Below, piece by piece: positions 18,546-29,016 of a stretch of 64,000 nt of DNA. Every line of letters starts with the position of its first letter. Position 1 is the first letter of the stretch. The DNA is taken from positions 1,670 to 65,669 of the IMG/VR virus record IMGVR_UViG_3300035670_000189, one strand, 5' to 3'. The notes beneath the pieces were generated by a model. That model saw only the letters and a list, made by a program, of their open reading frames with translations. It did no database searches and was not told where the DNA came from. The DNA comes from a virus (lineage: Duplodnaviria > Caudoviricetes). Position numbers and translations under genes: made by a program.

Positions 18546-18880
18546 GTCTCGTCGCCGAACAGTGGGCTTTCCTGCAAGACGTATGCAAGCTGGTCGAGAA
18601 GGCCAAGGAGCTTGGCTTTGTGGTGACCGGTGGCGAGTTGTTTCGTACCGTCGAGCAGCAGCGTATCCACTTCAACGCCGGACGGTCTAAGACCATGAAC
18701 TCGGTGCACATGAAACGGTGCGCGATCGACTTCAACTTCTTCAAGGATGGCAAGCTGATCTGGGACAAGGCCACGCTGGCCCCGCTGGGCGAGTACTGGG
18801 AGTCCCTGCATGAGAAAAACCGCTGGGGTGGTAACTTCCGCTCGTTGGTCGATGTGCCCCACTTTGAACGGAACGTATAA
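18542..18880 (+). CDS. Endolysin, M15-family Zn peptidase
   Basis: R..EQQ...S.H....AID...WGGNF....D.PHFE motifs. Confidence 0.85.
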   Translation: MSLVAEQWAFLQDVCKLVEKAKELGFVVTGGELFRTVEQQRIHFNAGRSKTMNSVHMKRCAIDFNFFKDGKLIWDKATLAPLGEYWESLHEKNRWGGNFRSLVDVPHFERNV

Positions 18881-18882
18881 CC

Positions 18883-20985
18883 ATGCCACTCAAGAAAATC
18901 GTACTCAAGCCCGGTGTCAACCGCGAGAACACCCGCTACACGAACGAGGGTGGCTGGTATGAGAGCGACAAGGTGCGCTTTCGTCAAGGCACGCCCGAGA
19001 AGATCGGCGGCTGGCAGCGCATCTCTGCAAACACGTTTTTGGGTGTCTGCCGAAGCCTGTGGAACTGGGTGACTCTGGGCTCCATCAACTTGGTTGGTGT
19101 GGGCACCAACCTCAAGTTCTATCTGGAAAATGGCGGTGCGTACTACGACATCACACCGTTCCGTGATCAGGTCACGCTGACCAACCCCTTCGAGACTTTC
19201 AACGGCTCCCCGATCGTGGAAGTGACTGACGCCAACGGTGGCTACATCGACGGCGACTTTGTGACGTTCTACGGTGGCTCCGCAGTGGGTGGGCTGACCA
19301 TCCGAGGCACATACGAGATCACGGTCACGGGCACCAACACCTACACGATCGACGTGGGCACTGCGGCTTCATCCGACGCCACGGGTGGCGGTACGGTCTA
19401 TGCGCTGTACCAGATCAACGTCGGCCCTGCATACGTGCAGCCGCTGACTGGCTGGGGCGCAAGCACATGGGGTTCTGGCACGTGGGGTATTGGCGCATCT
19501 TCGACCGACGCGCTGCGCCTGTGGAGCCAACAAAACTTTGGCGAAGACTTGGTGTTCGGCCCTCGCGGGGGCGAAATCTACTACTGGGACGCCACTACCG
19601 GACTCACGGCGCTGTCGTTCTCCGCTACGGTGGCCAACCCCACAGTCATCACCGCTGCCGCTGCATACCCTGACGGCACACCAATCCGGTTCGCTCCTGA
19701 TTCTGGGGCCACGCTGCCCCTTGGTATCGAGCCGGGCAAGATGTATTTTGTCGAGAACGCCTCGGGCACCTCGTTCAACATCTCGGAAACCTATGGTGGG
19801 GCGCTGGTTGAAGTCACGGGGGCCGGGACGGGTATCAGCCGAATCCTGCCAAATGCGTACGCCCTGAGCGATTTTGGTGGCTCCTCTGACGTGCCGACAC
19901 ATCAGAACTACCTGCTGGTGTCGGACATCAGCCGCTTTGTGTTTGCCTTCGGTTGTAACGACTACGGCTCAGCTACGGTTGACCCGATGCTCATTCGCTG
20001 GTGCGATCAGGAAGACCCCTACAACTGGACACCTGCATCAACCAACCAAGCGGGTTTCCTGCGCCTGTCCCGTGGCTCTGAGATCATCACGGCCACCCAG
20101 TCTCGTCAGGAAATCTTGGTGTGGACGGACGCCGCTGTGTATTCGCTCCAGTACGTCGGTGCCCCGATCGTGTGGTCTGGACAGTTGGTGGGCGAGAACA
20201 TCTCCATTGCTGGCCAGAACGCAGTGGCGTACGCCAACGGCGTGTCTTACTGGATGGGCAAGGACAAGTTCTACAAGTACGACGGTCGCACCCAACCGCT
20301 GCCTTGTGACCTGCGCCGTTACGTCTTTGAAGACATCAACACCTCCCAGTACGCACAGATCGTCGCTGGCACAAACGAGGGCTTCCACGAAATCTGGTGG
20401 TTCTACTGCTCGGCCAACTCGACTGACATCGACCGCTACGTCGTCTACAACTACTTGGAAAACGTGTGGATGTACGGCACCATGGCTCGCACCGCGTGGC
20501 TGGATTCCGGTCTGCGTGAGTACCCACTGGCCGCGACGTATGTCAACAACCTCGTCAACCATGAGCAGGGTCTGGACGACAACATGGGGGCAACCCCGCT
20601 GCCGATCGAGGCGTATATCGTCTCGTCTGAATTTGACCTCGATGACGGCCACAACTTCATGTTTGTCTGGCGCGTGCTGCCTGACATGACGTTTGCCAAT
20701 TCGACGGCTGCGGCCCCCACAGCAACGATGTACCTGCTGCCTCTGAAGAACTCGGGCTCTGGGTACTCTGTGAACACCGCGACAAACGCCAACCACTCGG
20801 TCGCCAACAGTAGCTTTGCCAGCGTCACCCGCACGGCGGTGCTGCCGGTCGAGCAGTTCACCGGGCAGATTTTTACCCGCGTGCGCGGTCGCCAGATGGC
20901 CATGAAGATCGAGTCCACTGATCTGGGCGTGACGTGGCAGTTGGGTGCACCCCGTATTGACATGCGCCCTGATGGACGTAGGTGA
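18883..20985 (+). CDS. Putative tail nozzle / DNA-stabilisation protein
   Basis: 700 aa beta-rich protein, KPGVNRE.T.Y..EGGW...DKVRFR.G.PEKIGGW; C-terminal R.RGRQ...W.LG..R.D..PDGRR. Confidence 0.65.
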   Translation: MPLKKIVLKPGVNRENTRYTNEGGWYESDKVRFRQGTPEKIGGWQRISANTFLGVCRSLWNWVTLGSINLVGVGTNLKFYLENGGAYYDITPFRDQVTLTNPFETFNGSPIVEVTDANGGYIDGDFVTFYGGSAVGGLTIRGTYEITVTGTNTYTIDVGTAASSDATGGGTVYALYQINVGPAYVQPLTGWGASTWGSGTWGIGASSTDALRLWSQQNFGEDLVFGPRGGEIYYWDATTGLTALSFSATVANPTVITAAAAYPDGTPIRFAPDSGATLPLGIEPGKMYFVENASGTSFNISETYGGALVEVTGAGTGISRILPNAYALSDFGGSSDVPTHQNYLLVSDISRFVFAFGCNDYGSATVDPMLIRWCDQEDPYNWTPASTNQAGFLRLSRGSEIITATQSRQEILVWTDAAVYSLQYVGAPIVWSGQLVGENISIAGQNAVAYANGVSYWMGKDKFYKYDGRTQPLPCDLRRYVFEDINTSQYAQIVAGTNEGFHEIWWFYCSANSTDIDRYVVYNYLENVWMYGTMARTAWLDSGLREYPLAATYVNNLVNHEQGLDDNMGATPLPIEAYIVSSEFDLDDGHNFMFVWRVLPDMTFANSTAAAPTATMYLLPLKNSGSGYSVNTATNANHSVANSSFASVTRTAVLPVEQFTGQIFTRVRGRQMAMKIESTDLGVTWQLGAPRIDMRPDGRR

Positions 20986-21045
20986 CATGTATACCGATCG
21001 CAAAGTTACGTGTATGCTTGAACGCCTGCACTGGGGGATTACGTA

Positions 21046-21693
21046 ATGTCAGGGAACCTCGGACAAGTCGAACCCCCAGCACTCCCGCTGGGGCCAGAAC
21101 AGTACAACCGGCCTTACCAAGACCAGTTGAACAACGTGCACCGCCTGTTCTACAACCGTCTGACCAACGCGTTCAATGCCATCCTCGGCACCAACGGTGG
21201 CAAGTACATCGACTGCCCCAACGGGCTGTTTTTCAACACCGCCGACCAGACGTTCGCTCTTGCAAACACAGCGTACCCGATCGTCTACAACCAGACGTAT
21301 TTGAACAACGCCGTGGCTATCCAGTCGGGTAGCACGAGCAGAATTGAAGTCACCGTCGGGGGCATCTACAACTTCCAGTACACCGGGCAGCTTGAAAGCA
21401 CAAACAGCAGTTCAAAAGACTTCTTTGTGTGGATTCGCCGTGACGGGGTGGACATTGGGTACTCCACTCGTGCGTACAGCATTTCTGGCAGCGGCACGTA
21501 CCGCCCAGTTTCATACTCGTTTGACATTGACGTTCAGGCGGGGCAGTACATCGAACTGATGGTGTCCGCTTCGGACACATCGCTTAATCTTGGCGCATCT
21601 TCGGCGGTCAGCCCCCACCCCGGAATCCCGTCGTCTGTGATGACGGTGAACTTCATTGCGCCGCTGCCAGCCACGTTGCCTACCCCGCCGTAA
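21046..21693 (+). CDS. Putative tail structural protein
   Basis: 215 aa: N-terminal PALP..P..Y helix followed by a beta-sandwich-like domain. Confidence 0.65.
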   Translation: MSGNLGQVEPPALPLGPEQYNRPYQDQLNNVHRLFYNRLTNAFNAILGTNGGKYIDCPNGLFFNTADQTFALANTAYPIVYNQTYLNNAVAIQSGSTSRIEVTVGGIYNFQYTGQLESTNSSSKDFFVWIRRDGVDIGYSTRAYSISGSGTYRPVSYSFDIDVQAGQYIELMVSASDTSLNLGASSAVSPHPGIPSSVMTVNFIAPLPATLPTPP

Positions 21694-21758
21694 TAACAGG
21701 ACTGTACTCCCGTGCAGGATGGCGGTAAACTACACGGGCCCTTACTAAACACACCGCC

Positions 21759-22220
21759 ATGAAACTTGTTGACAGCCGCACTAAGCAGTTGGATTACGCG
21801 CAAATTTTGCACGCGTACCATAGCAACGAGGCCAAAAGCGGTAAGTTGAAAGATTTTAAGGTGTGGATGCTGGCAACCGCCGCCGCTATTTCCAAGTTGA
21901 ACGCTGATGGCGCAATCATTGGGAACACGTTTTTTATGGCCAAACGTGGCGCGGGTAGCAACAGCAACAAAGCTATGGTCTGGGCGATGAACGCCGACAC
22001 TCTGCAAAACATGGTGGACAACGTAGCGGAAGGGCTCACCCGATTGGTAAACGACGGCGTGCAAGAAGTAGTGGCCATGTACAGAAGTCCTGCCATAAGT
22101 CGTGTACTTAAACAGGCGTTCAACAAGATTAAAACTGGCGACGACACCATTACTTTTACCAAGACTGCCAAGGGCATGATCATCATGCAGATGAAACTTG
22201 ATGGGGGCGACAATGTGTGA
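21759..22220 (+). CDS. Hypothetical protein preceding internal virion genes
   Basis: 153 aa ORF that fills the gap and overlaps the next start. Confidence 0.7.
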   Translation: MKLVDSRTKQLDYAQILHAYHSNEAKSGKLKDFKVWMLATAAAISKLNADGAIIGNTFFMAKRGAGSNSNKAMVWAMNADTLQNMVDNVAEGLTRLVNDGVQEVVAMYRSPAISRVLKQAFNKIKTGDDTITFTKTAKGMIIMQMKLDGGDNV

Positions 22221-25200
22221 TCCAGTCCAAGAACTCGAAAACGCGTTTGACGCAGTTGGTGATTTTGTAGAAGACGTAGTAGACGCGGTTGGAGACGCAG
22301 TTGACTGGGTTGTCGATGAAATCATTGACCCCGTGATGACCACGGTGGGTAATGTGATCGAGGCTGCGCTGGACGACCCGGTAAAAGCTATTGCTCAGGT
22401 CGCTGCGATTGCAACAGGTAACGCATGGGCACTCCCCCTGATCGAAGGCGCAGACGTAGCCATTGCCGGAGGTGACCTCGGCGATGTACTCGAAGCTACT
22501 GCCAAAGCCTATGTGGCCCAGCAGGTTGGCTCCTACGTAGGCAAAACTGTCGGCAGTGCAGTGTCCAACGCGGGAACCGCTGCCGAATATGGCGTCAAAG
22601 CGGGGTCTCAGCAAGCAGCGATGCTGGCGGCGCAAGAAGCCGGTATGCAGACTGCATCCCAGATCGCCGGGCAGATCGTCGGTGCTGGAGCAGCGTCCTC
22701 CGCTGTTGCTGTCGTCACTGGGCAAGACCCAGTAAAGGCGTTCATCACTGGGGGTGTGGGTGCGGCAGTTCCTGCGGCTTTGGGCCAAGTGCCCGGTTTC
22801 ACCAAGCTGCCTCCTTCTGCGCAGCAGGTCATCAAACAGGCAGTAGCAACTCAGCTTGCAGGTGGTAATGTCACCACAGCCGTTATCGGCTCCGCGATTC
22901 AAGCCTCGGGCATCGTCACTGACATCATCAACAGCTTCGACCCCAAAGGAACCAAGCTGACCGATGCACAACGTGCTATTGCTACTGACGTGCTCATGGG
23001 GTCAACAACTGCGGCTTTGTCCGGCGGCAAAGTGTCTGCGGCGGTGCAAGCTGCCCTGATGAAGAACGGCTCCAAAGCCCTCGGCGACATGATTACCGAC
23101 GGGTTCAAGAAAGCTGTCGATGGGGTGTCAACCAAGTATGACGCTGCCGAAAAGGCTGCTGCCAAGGTAGACGCCAACATCGCTGCGCAGGAAAAAACTG
23201 CTGCCGCGTATAACAAGGTTGTCAACGAACTCAATGGGCGTGTGGCTGAGCAGGACAAGCTCAAAGCCGCGTACGACAAAGCGGTTACGGCGCAGAAAGC
23301 CAATCCGACACAGGCAACGACGGATGCTGCAAACGCTGCCGCCAAAAAGTACAACGACTACGTGTCGAAGCTCAACACGGACTACGCCAACACATACAAA
23401 CCACAGATCGACAAGTATGCTGGGGAGTTGGCTGCAATCCAGAAGGAGTATGGCAATCTGGAGGAGGTCTACTCCAACGCCATGAAAGCTGTTGGCACCG
23501 CGACTGACGCGGTGAAAACCCAACTCGACTCCACGGTGGACACCAGCAACAAGGCGTTTGTCGAAGCACTCGACCCCAGCTTCAATGCTGACCAATACCG
23601 CAAGCTCAACGGGCTGGGTGCAGGTGTGGATGTGTACGACCACTGGCTGTCCAAGGGTCAGTTTGAAGGGCTCAAGACCAACAACACTGCGGCCCAAGCC
23701 GATTTCACCGCACAGAAGGTGCGCCTCATTGACGAGTTGGCCAACGCCAAAGGTATCAGCCTGTCGCAGATCAGTGACGTGGACGCCAAGAACTTCTTTG
23801 CCAACGTCGATTCCAAGTACGGTGGTGACCTGAACGCACTCAAGGGTGCGTCGATTCAGGACTTCCTGACTGGCAACACCAAAACTTATGACGACCTGCT
23901 CAAGGACTCCAAGTCCGACGGGTTCAAGGTTGAGATCAACGGTCAAGCCTACGGTGATTGGAACAAGAGCCAACTGAGCGGGTACACCCCTCCGGCGGGC
24001 ACCCGGCTGGCCACGCAAGACGAGTTCGAGAACAACACCGCTGTCTTGTCGTACACCAACGACGGCAAGCCCGTGTGGATCGCACAAGATCAGGGCGTGC
24101 GAGTCTGGGACTCCAAGCTCGGCGATTACGTCTACCAGATGCCCGAAGTCATCGTCACGGCTCCCAAGCTCGAAGACCTGCAAGCCAACGACCCAGAAGC
24201 ATGGCTCGTCATGGCCGGGAGCATCCCGGGCGACGGTAAAGGTGGCATCGACGACTTCCTGTACAACTTCGCCAAATCCACGATGGAGTTGGCCAAGACC
24301 ACGGGTAACTCGACCATCATCAACGGTGCGGGTAACGCGCTCAAGGCGGGTGGTGGCATCCTCCAAGCGTTCAACGGCCTCGTCACTCTGGCTGGTATCA
24401 ACCCCAACAACACGGCTGTCGGCAAGTTTGCCGAGAAGCTGACCAACCTCGGCAAGGCCACAACCACTGCGGAGTACCAAGCCGCTGTTGCTGACATCAA
24501 CAAGACAATCGGTGAAGCCAAGGGTGTCATGGGCACCGCCAAGGCGATCTGGGGCGCAGCCACCCAGTACCCTGCTGAGTTCTTGGCCGAGATCGTTGGT
24601 GTGGAAGGCATGCAGGAAGTTGTGCCACTGCTCATCGGTGGTGGTGCGGCAACCGCAGCCAAAGGCTTGGCCCTTGCACGGGGTATGGGTACGAAGCTGG
24701 CCGCTGAATGGGGCGCAAAGGCGGGTATCACCGCCGCTGCCGCGTCTGACATCGCCGAGAGTACTGGCGGTGCGGCGCAAAGCGCGTTCACTGAAGCCTA
24801 CAACGTAGCCCGATCCAAGGGTATGTCCGAGGCTGATGCGACCAAGACTGCGCTGGAGATTGCCAGTCGTACTGGCCTGACCGCAGGTGTGATTACTGCA
24901 ACTACTCTGGGCATCGGTGGCGCTGCTCTGGAGAAAGCCATCCTTGGCAAAGCCGGTACCGGCGAGTTGGCCAGCGTCATCGACGCGCTCGGCAAACGGG
25001 TCAAAGAAGGTGGCACCATCACCATCAAGGAAGGCGTCGTTGAGGGTATCGAAGAAGGTCTGACTCAGGGCTACCTCGAAGGTCAGTTGTACCAGCTTGA
25101 CCCAACCCGTGACATCGCAGGCAACATCACGTCGTCCTCGATCCTCGGTGCCATTGCCGGGGGTGGTGTTTCTGGCGGTGCATACGGCGCGGCCAAGACT

Positions 25201-27519
25201 GGTGATGTGGTGTCCAACCTACTCATGTCGTCCAACCCGACGGTGGCCAGCACGGTGCAGAACTCTGCAAACGCTGCTGCTGCAACCACGGCGCTGAACA
25301 ATCTGGGCATCACGGATGCCAAACTGCAAGCCAACCTGCTCGACACCAAGTACGACTCCGCATACACCAGCGCCGCCGAGGCCCGCGCCGCACTGAGCGA
25401 CCGCTCCGACTTTGCTGCATCTGAGGCAGACATCAACGCACTGGTGGGCGCAACTTCGGACGTCAACCTTGCTGGCGCAGTCGAGAAGTACGTCGATCCA
25501 AGGGTCGTGGACATCGCTGAAATTCAAGCCGCAGCCAAGGCTGAAGGCTACACACTCAGTGATGCAGAAGCCGCCAAGCTCGTCGGTCAAAAGGACGAGG
25601 CCACGGCAATCGCCGCTGCTAAGAAACAGTTTGACCCGCTGGCCACCACATACGATGAGGCCAAGCAGTTCTTCGCGTCGCAGGGGTACACCCCCAGCGC
25701 AGCCGAGATCAATCAATTTGTCGCCAGCAAGGCTGAAGCTGATCAAACCAAAGCAGTTGCTGCCTATGTGAACCCCCGTCAAGTGACGGAGACCGAGGCA
25801 CGCAAGTACCTGACCGATCTGGGGTACAAGCCCACGGACGCAGAGGTCAAGAAGTTTGTTGGCCAAGTCAATGAAGCCGAGCAAGCTACCAAGATTGGTG
25901 CCTATGTCGATCCGCGCATGGTGGATGCAGGTGAAGTCACGGCTGCATACGAAGCACTGGGCCTCAAGCGCCCAACACAGGATGACATCCAAAAGCTCAT
26001 TGGTCAGTACGCCGAAACCGATCTGACGGGTAAGGCTACCGAGTACCTACCCACTGCACGGTACAACTCCGTGCTGGAGCAACTTGACGCACTGGCCGCA
26101 TTGAGTGGCCAAGACCAAGAGATTCTGGATGCCATCGAGTTGGTGAAGTCTGACTTCTCCAACCAAGTCAAAGACCTTGGCTTCAAGATTGACGATCAGA
26201 CTGGCAAGCTCACCGACCAGATCACCACAACCGAGAAGAACATTCTCGACAAGGTGGCTGAGTATGAGAAGGCCGGTATCACCCGCGACGAGGCAATCAC
26301 AAAGGCCGTCGATGATGTCGCTGCCGATTTGGGCACCACACGAGACGACCTGCTCAGCCGAATCGACACCACAGAGGAAAACCTCACCAAGTCGATTGAC
26401 ACCCTGTCCAAAGATGTCAGTGCGCTCAGCACCAAGGTCGGTGACGTCGAGACCAATATCTTGGCCAAGATGGCCGAGTACGAGAAGACCGGCATTGCAC
26501 GTGATGAGGCACTGTCCAAGGCGATTGACGACGTAGCCACCAACCTCGGCACCACCCGCGAAGACCTGCTCAAGCAAATCGGCACAACCGAGGAGACTCT
26601 GGCCAAGCAGGTGACCGATGTTGAGACCAGCCTCGGCACCAAGATCACGGACTCGCAGGAAGCCATCCTCAAGGAACTGGGTCTCACCAAGACCGCGCTG
26701 TCCGAAGAAATCACGGGGGTGCAGGAATCCCTCGAAGGTACGATTGCTGAAGTAGAAGCCAACGTGCTCGACCGTATGGCCGAGTATGAGAAGGCAGGCA
26801 TCGGTCGTGATGAAGCCTTGGGTCGGGCAATCGACGATGTGGCCACTCAGCTTGGTACCACACGCGATGACATCCTCACACAGATTGGCCAGACCGAGGC
26901 TGCACTGACAACCAAGCTCGGTGAGACTGAGCAACGTCTTGGCACCCAGATCACTGACGTACAGACAACTCTGGGCCGTCAAGGTGCGCAAGCCACGCAG
27001 GGCGATCTGGACGCGATCATCAACATCTTGGAAAGCCAAGGTGCGTACGACGCGAACTACGACTACAACGCCGACCAGAAGATTGACCAAGCCGACAAGG
27101 ATGCGATCCAGCAGTACCTCCTGAGCCAAGAGCCCGGGTACACACCGGACACGGACACCCCGTTTGCTTTCAATCCTGCCACCGGCTCGAAGTGGGCACC
27201 CACAGGGGTGTTTTCTACTATTGCTGATGAGGCCGAACGCACCCGCCAAGCGCAGGCTGCCGCTGCGCTGAAGACACAGCGCATGGGCAACGTCAACACC
27301 ATGATGGGCATGCTCATGCAGTCGCCTGATCTTGGAGGTCAACAGGTTAGTGTAAAAACCCCCGATCCGGCAAAGATTGGGTACATTTATGACTGGAGCA
27401 GCATTTTTGCTAATCCGTCGCAGGAAAAGATGTTTGCATCTCCTTATGCCAAGGGTGGTGCAGTCCGCAGCGATCTGGATGATGTCAACGATGAACTGCT
27501 GAAGATGCTGAGAGGGTAA
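22213..27519 (+). CDS. Large internal virion / ejection protein
   Basis: About 1768 aa, A/G-rich hydrophobic stretches, coiled coils, internal repeats and a C-terminal YAKGG. Confidence 0.7.
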   Translation: MCDPVQELENAFDAVGDFVEDVVDAVGDAVDWVVDEIIDPVMTTVGNVIEAALDDPVKAIAQVAAIATGNAWALPLIEGADVAIAGGDLGDVLEATAKAYVAQQVGSYVGKTVGSAVSNAGTAAEYGVKAGSQQAAMLAAQEAGMQTASQIAGQIVGAGAASSAVAVVTGQDPVKAFITGGVGAAVPAALGQVPGFTKLPPSAQQVIKQAVATQLAGGNVTTAVIGSAIQASGIVTDIINSFDPKGTKLTDAQRAIATDVLMGSTTAALSGGKVSAAVQAALMKNGSKALGDMITDGFKKAVDGVSTKYDAAEKAAAKVDANIAAQEKTAAAYNKVVNELNGRVAEQDKLKAAYDKAVTAQKANPTQATTDAANAAAKKYNDYVSKLNTDYANTYKPQIDKYAGELAAIQKEYGNLEEVYSNAMKAVGTATDAVKTQLDSTVDTSNKAFVEALDPSFNADQYRKLNGLGAGVDVYDHWLSKGQFEGLKTNNTAAQADFTAQKVRLIDELANAKGISLSQISDVDAKNFFANVDSKYGGDLNALKGASIQDFLTGNTKTYDDLLKDSKSDGFKVEINGQAYGDWNKSQLSGYTPPAGTRLATQDEFENNTAVLSYTNDGKPVWIAQDQGVRVWDSKLGDYVYQMPEVIVTAPKLEDLQANDPEAWLVMAGSIPGDGKGGIDDFLYNFAKSTMELAKTTGNSTIINGAGNALKAGGGILQAFNGLVTLAGINPNNTAVGKFAEKLTNLGKATTTAEYQAAVADINKTIGEAKGVMGTAKAIWGAATQYPAEFLAEIVGVEGMQEVVPLLIGGGAATAAKGLALARGMGTKLAAEWGAKAGITAAAASDIAESTGGAAQSAFTEAYNVARSKGMSEADATKTALEIASRTGLTAGVITATTLGIGGAALEKAILGKAGTGELASVIDALGKRVKEGGTITIKEGVVEGIEEGLTQGYLEGQLYQLDPTRDIAGNITSSSILGAIAGGGVSGGAYGAAKTGDVVSNLLMSSNPTVASTVQNSANAAAATTALNNLGITDAKLQANLLDTKYDSAYTSAAEARAALSDRSDFAASEADINALVGATSDVNLAGAVEKYVDPRVVDIAEIQAAAKAEGYTLSDAEAAKLVGQKDEATAIAAAKKQFDPLATTYDEAKQFFASQGYTPSAAEINQFVASKAEADQTKAVAAYVNPRQVTETEARKYLTDLGYKPTDAEVKKFVGQVNEAEQATKIGAYVDPRMVDAGEVTAAYEALGLKRPTQDDIQKLIGQYAETDLTGKATEYLPTARYNSVLEQLDALAALSGQDQEILDAIELVKSDFSNQVKDLGFKIDDQTGKLTDQITTTEKNILDKVAEYEKAGITRDEAITKAVDDVAADLGTTRDDLLSRIDTTEENLTKSIDTLSKDVSALSTKVGDVETNILAKMAEYEKTGIARDEALSKAIDDVATNLGTTREDLLKQIGTTEETLAKQVTDVETSLGTKITDSQEAILKELGLTKTALSEEITGVQESLEGTIAEVEANVLDRMAEYEKAGIGRDEALGRAIDDVATQLGTTRDDILTQIGQTEAALTTKLGETEQRLGTQITDVQTTLGRQGAQATQGDLDAIINILESQGAYDANYDYNADQKIDQADKDAIQQYLLSQEPGYTPDTDTPFAFNPATGSKWAPTGVFSTIADEAERTRQAQAAAALKTQRMGNVNTMMGMLMQSPDLGGQQVSVKTPDPAKIGYIYDWSSIFANPSQEKMFASPYAKGGAVRSDLDDVNDELLKMLRG

Positions 27520-27521
27520 TC

Positions 27522-28451
27522 ATGGACGAAACGTACGAAATTGACGTTGGCGAAATTCTGCCGGGAGACCCGGGGTATGGATGGACGTACTACTCGGATG
27601 GCACTGCTATTTCCCCAGAGGGTGTCTACTACTACGAAGGCGAAGAAGTCTATGACCCTTCCTCGCAGGGTGGTGACATCTGGAATTGGCTGTCCAACGC
27701 AGGTGGTAGCTTGGCCTCTGGGCTGAAAACCGCGTTCACTGACCCCAAAACCGGCGGGGTAAACACCCGGGCGTTGGCAGGAGTTGCAGGTGGTCTGTAC
27801 GGCCTGTACCAAGCCAACCAGCCGCAGGAAAAGACGGGCTACCAAGGGGGCATCCCCAAGTACGACGCCATCCGTGAAGGGGTGCAAGGTAGCCAGTACG
27901 ACCCGAACCGTCGCCCCGGCAGTGGTGGCCAGCGGTATTTCTCTGATGTCCGCTACGCCAAGGAAGGCGAAGGCGAAGCCGCACGCGCTGCGGCAAAAGA
28001 GGAAGCTGCCGGTCTGGAAGCCCTCAACCGTGCAAACCTCGCACGGGAGGAGCGCCGCAGCCCCACGGCTGAAGCTGTGGCCAAGGCCGAAGAATCTGCC
28101 AAGGTCAATGAAGGCACCGACGCCTCCAAGGTGGTTGAGACCGTGCCGGTTCCAAAGTATGCCCATGGGGGCATCACCACTCTCGCAAAGGGTGGCGCAC
28201 CACGATATTTATCTGGCGCAACAGATGGCATGGCTGATAAAATTCCAGCACAGATTGATGGAAAACAGGAGGCCCGGTTGAGCCACGGCGAGTTTGTCGT
28301 TAGTGCTGATGTGGTTAGCGCCCTCGGCGGGGGTAACTCTGAGGCTGGGGCGCAGAGGCTGTATGAAATGATGGATCGTATCCGCACTGCTGCACACGGC
28401 AAAAAACAACAGATGCGCCCTGTAAACCCCGCAAAGGTGTTACCAAAATGA
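27522..28451 (+). CDS. Putative internal virion protein
   Basis: 309 aa; C-terminal G..DGM.D.IPA..DG...ARLS.GEFV..ADVVS.LG.G domain. Confidence 0.7.
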   Translation: MDETYEIDVGEILPGDPGYGWTYYSDGTAISPEGVYYYEGEEVYDPSSQGGDIWNWLSNAGGSLASGLKTAFTDPKTGGVNTRALAGVAGGLYGLYQANQPQEKTGYQGGIPKYDAIREGVQGSQYDPNRRPGSGGQRYFSDVRYAKEGEGEAARAAAKEEAAGLEALNRANLAREERRSPTAEAVAKAEESAKVNEGTDASKVVETVPVPKYAHGGITTLAKGGAPRYLSGATDGMADKIPAQIDGKQEARLSHGEFVVSADVVSALGGGNSEAGAQRLYEMMDRIRTAAHGKKQQMRPVNPAKVLPK

Positions 28452-29008
28452 CCGCAAGGGGGCCGCGTTTTATCGCACAACAGCAAGGGTTACGTACGTA
28501 CACCACGGGTATTCCCTGTAAGCGTGGGCACGTTGCCGAGCGTGAAACGCGCTCGGGGCAGTGTTTGCTCTGTAAGTGCCAGTGTGAAGCTGAACGTATT
28601 GCGCTAAACCGCGAAGCGTACAACACCCGTAAACAGCGGGAACGTGCGCACAGGCTAACAGAAATCGCCGCTCGCGCACGGAACACTCGTGCAACAGAAA
28701 CTCCAGAGAAACGTGCTGTTCGGCTTAGTCGGGCAAAGGCAAAAGCCAAGCTCTGGAGAGCCGCAAACCCAAAGCACCATTTGGCGTTGACTAACGCCCA
28801 CAAGCGTGCGATTAAGCTACGTACGCCAGCATGGGCTGATATGGGTGCGATTGTGCAAGTGTATAAGGGTTGTCCAGTAGGTCATCAGGTTGATCACGTT
28901 ATCCCATTACGCGGCGAACTTGTATCTGGGCTCCATGTAGCGGACAATCTCCAGTATTTACCCTCGGCTGAAAACCGGGCTAAATCAAACAAATTTTTGC
29001 CAACGTGA
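28448..29008 (+). CDS. Free-standing HNH homing endonuclease (2)
   Basis: Y.TG.PCKRGH..C..C and VDHVIPL...VSGLHV..NL...EN..KSN; paralogue of 7224-7850. Confidence 0.88.
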   Translation: MTARGPRFIAQQQGLRTYTTGIPCKRGHVAERETRSGQCLLCKCQCEAERIALNREAYNTRKQRERAHRLTEIAARARNTRATETPEKRAVRLSRAKAKAKLWRAANPKHHLALTNAHKRAIKLRTPAWADMGAIVQVYKGCPVGHQVDHVIPLRGELVSGLHVADNLQYLPSAENRAKSNKFLPT

Positions 29009-29016
29009 GGTAAACA

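Noticed and set aside
20982-21332. 116-aa ORF overlapping 21046-21693
   Set aside because: Low-complexity R/P-rich shadow frame. The 215-aa ORF has the protein-like composition.
22213-27519. Tape-measure protein call
   Set aside because: No tail tube/chaperone frameshift cassette or baseplate genes were recognised. The context fits internal/ejection proteins of a short-tailed phage, though this is not proven.
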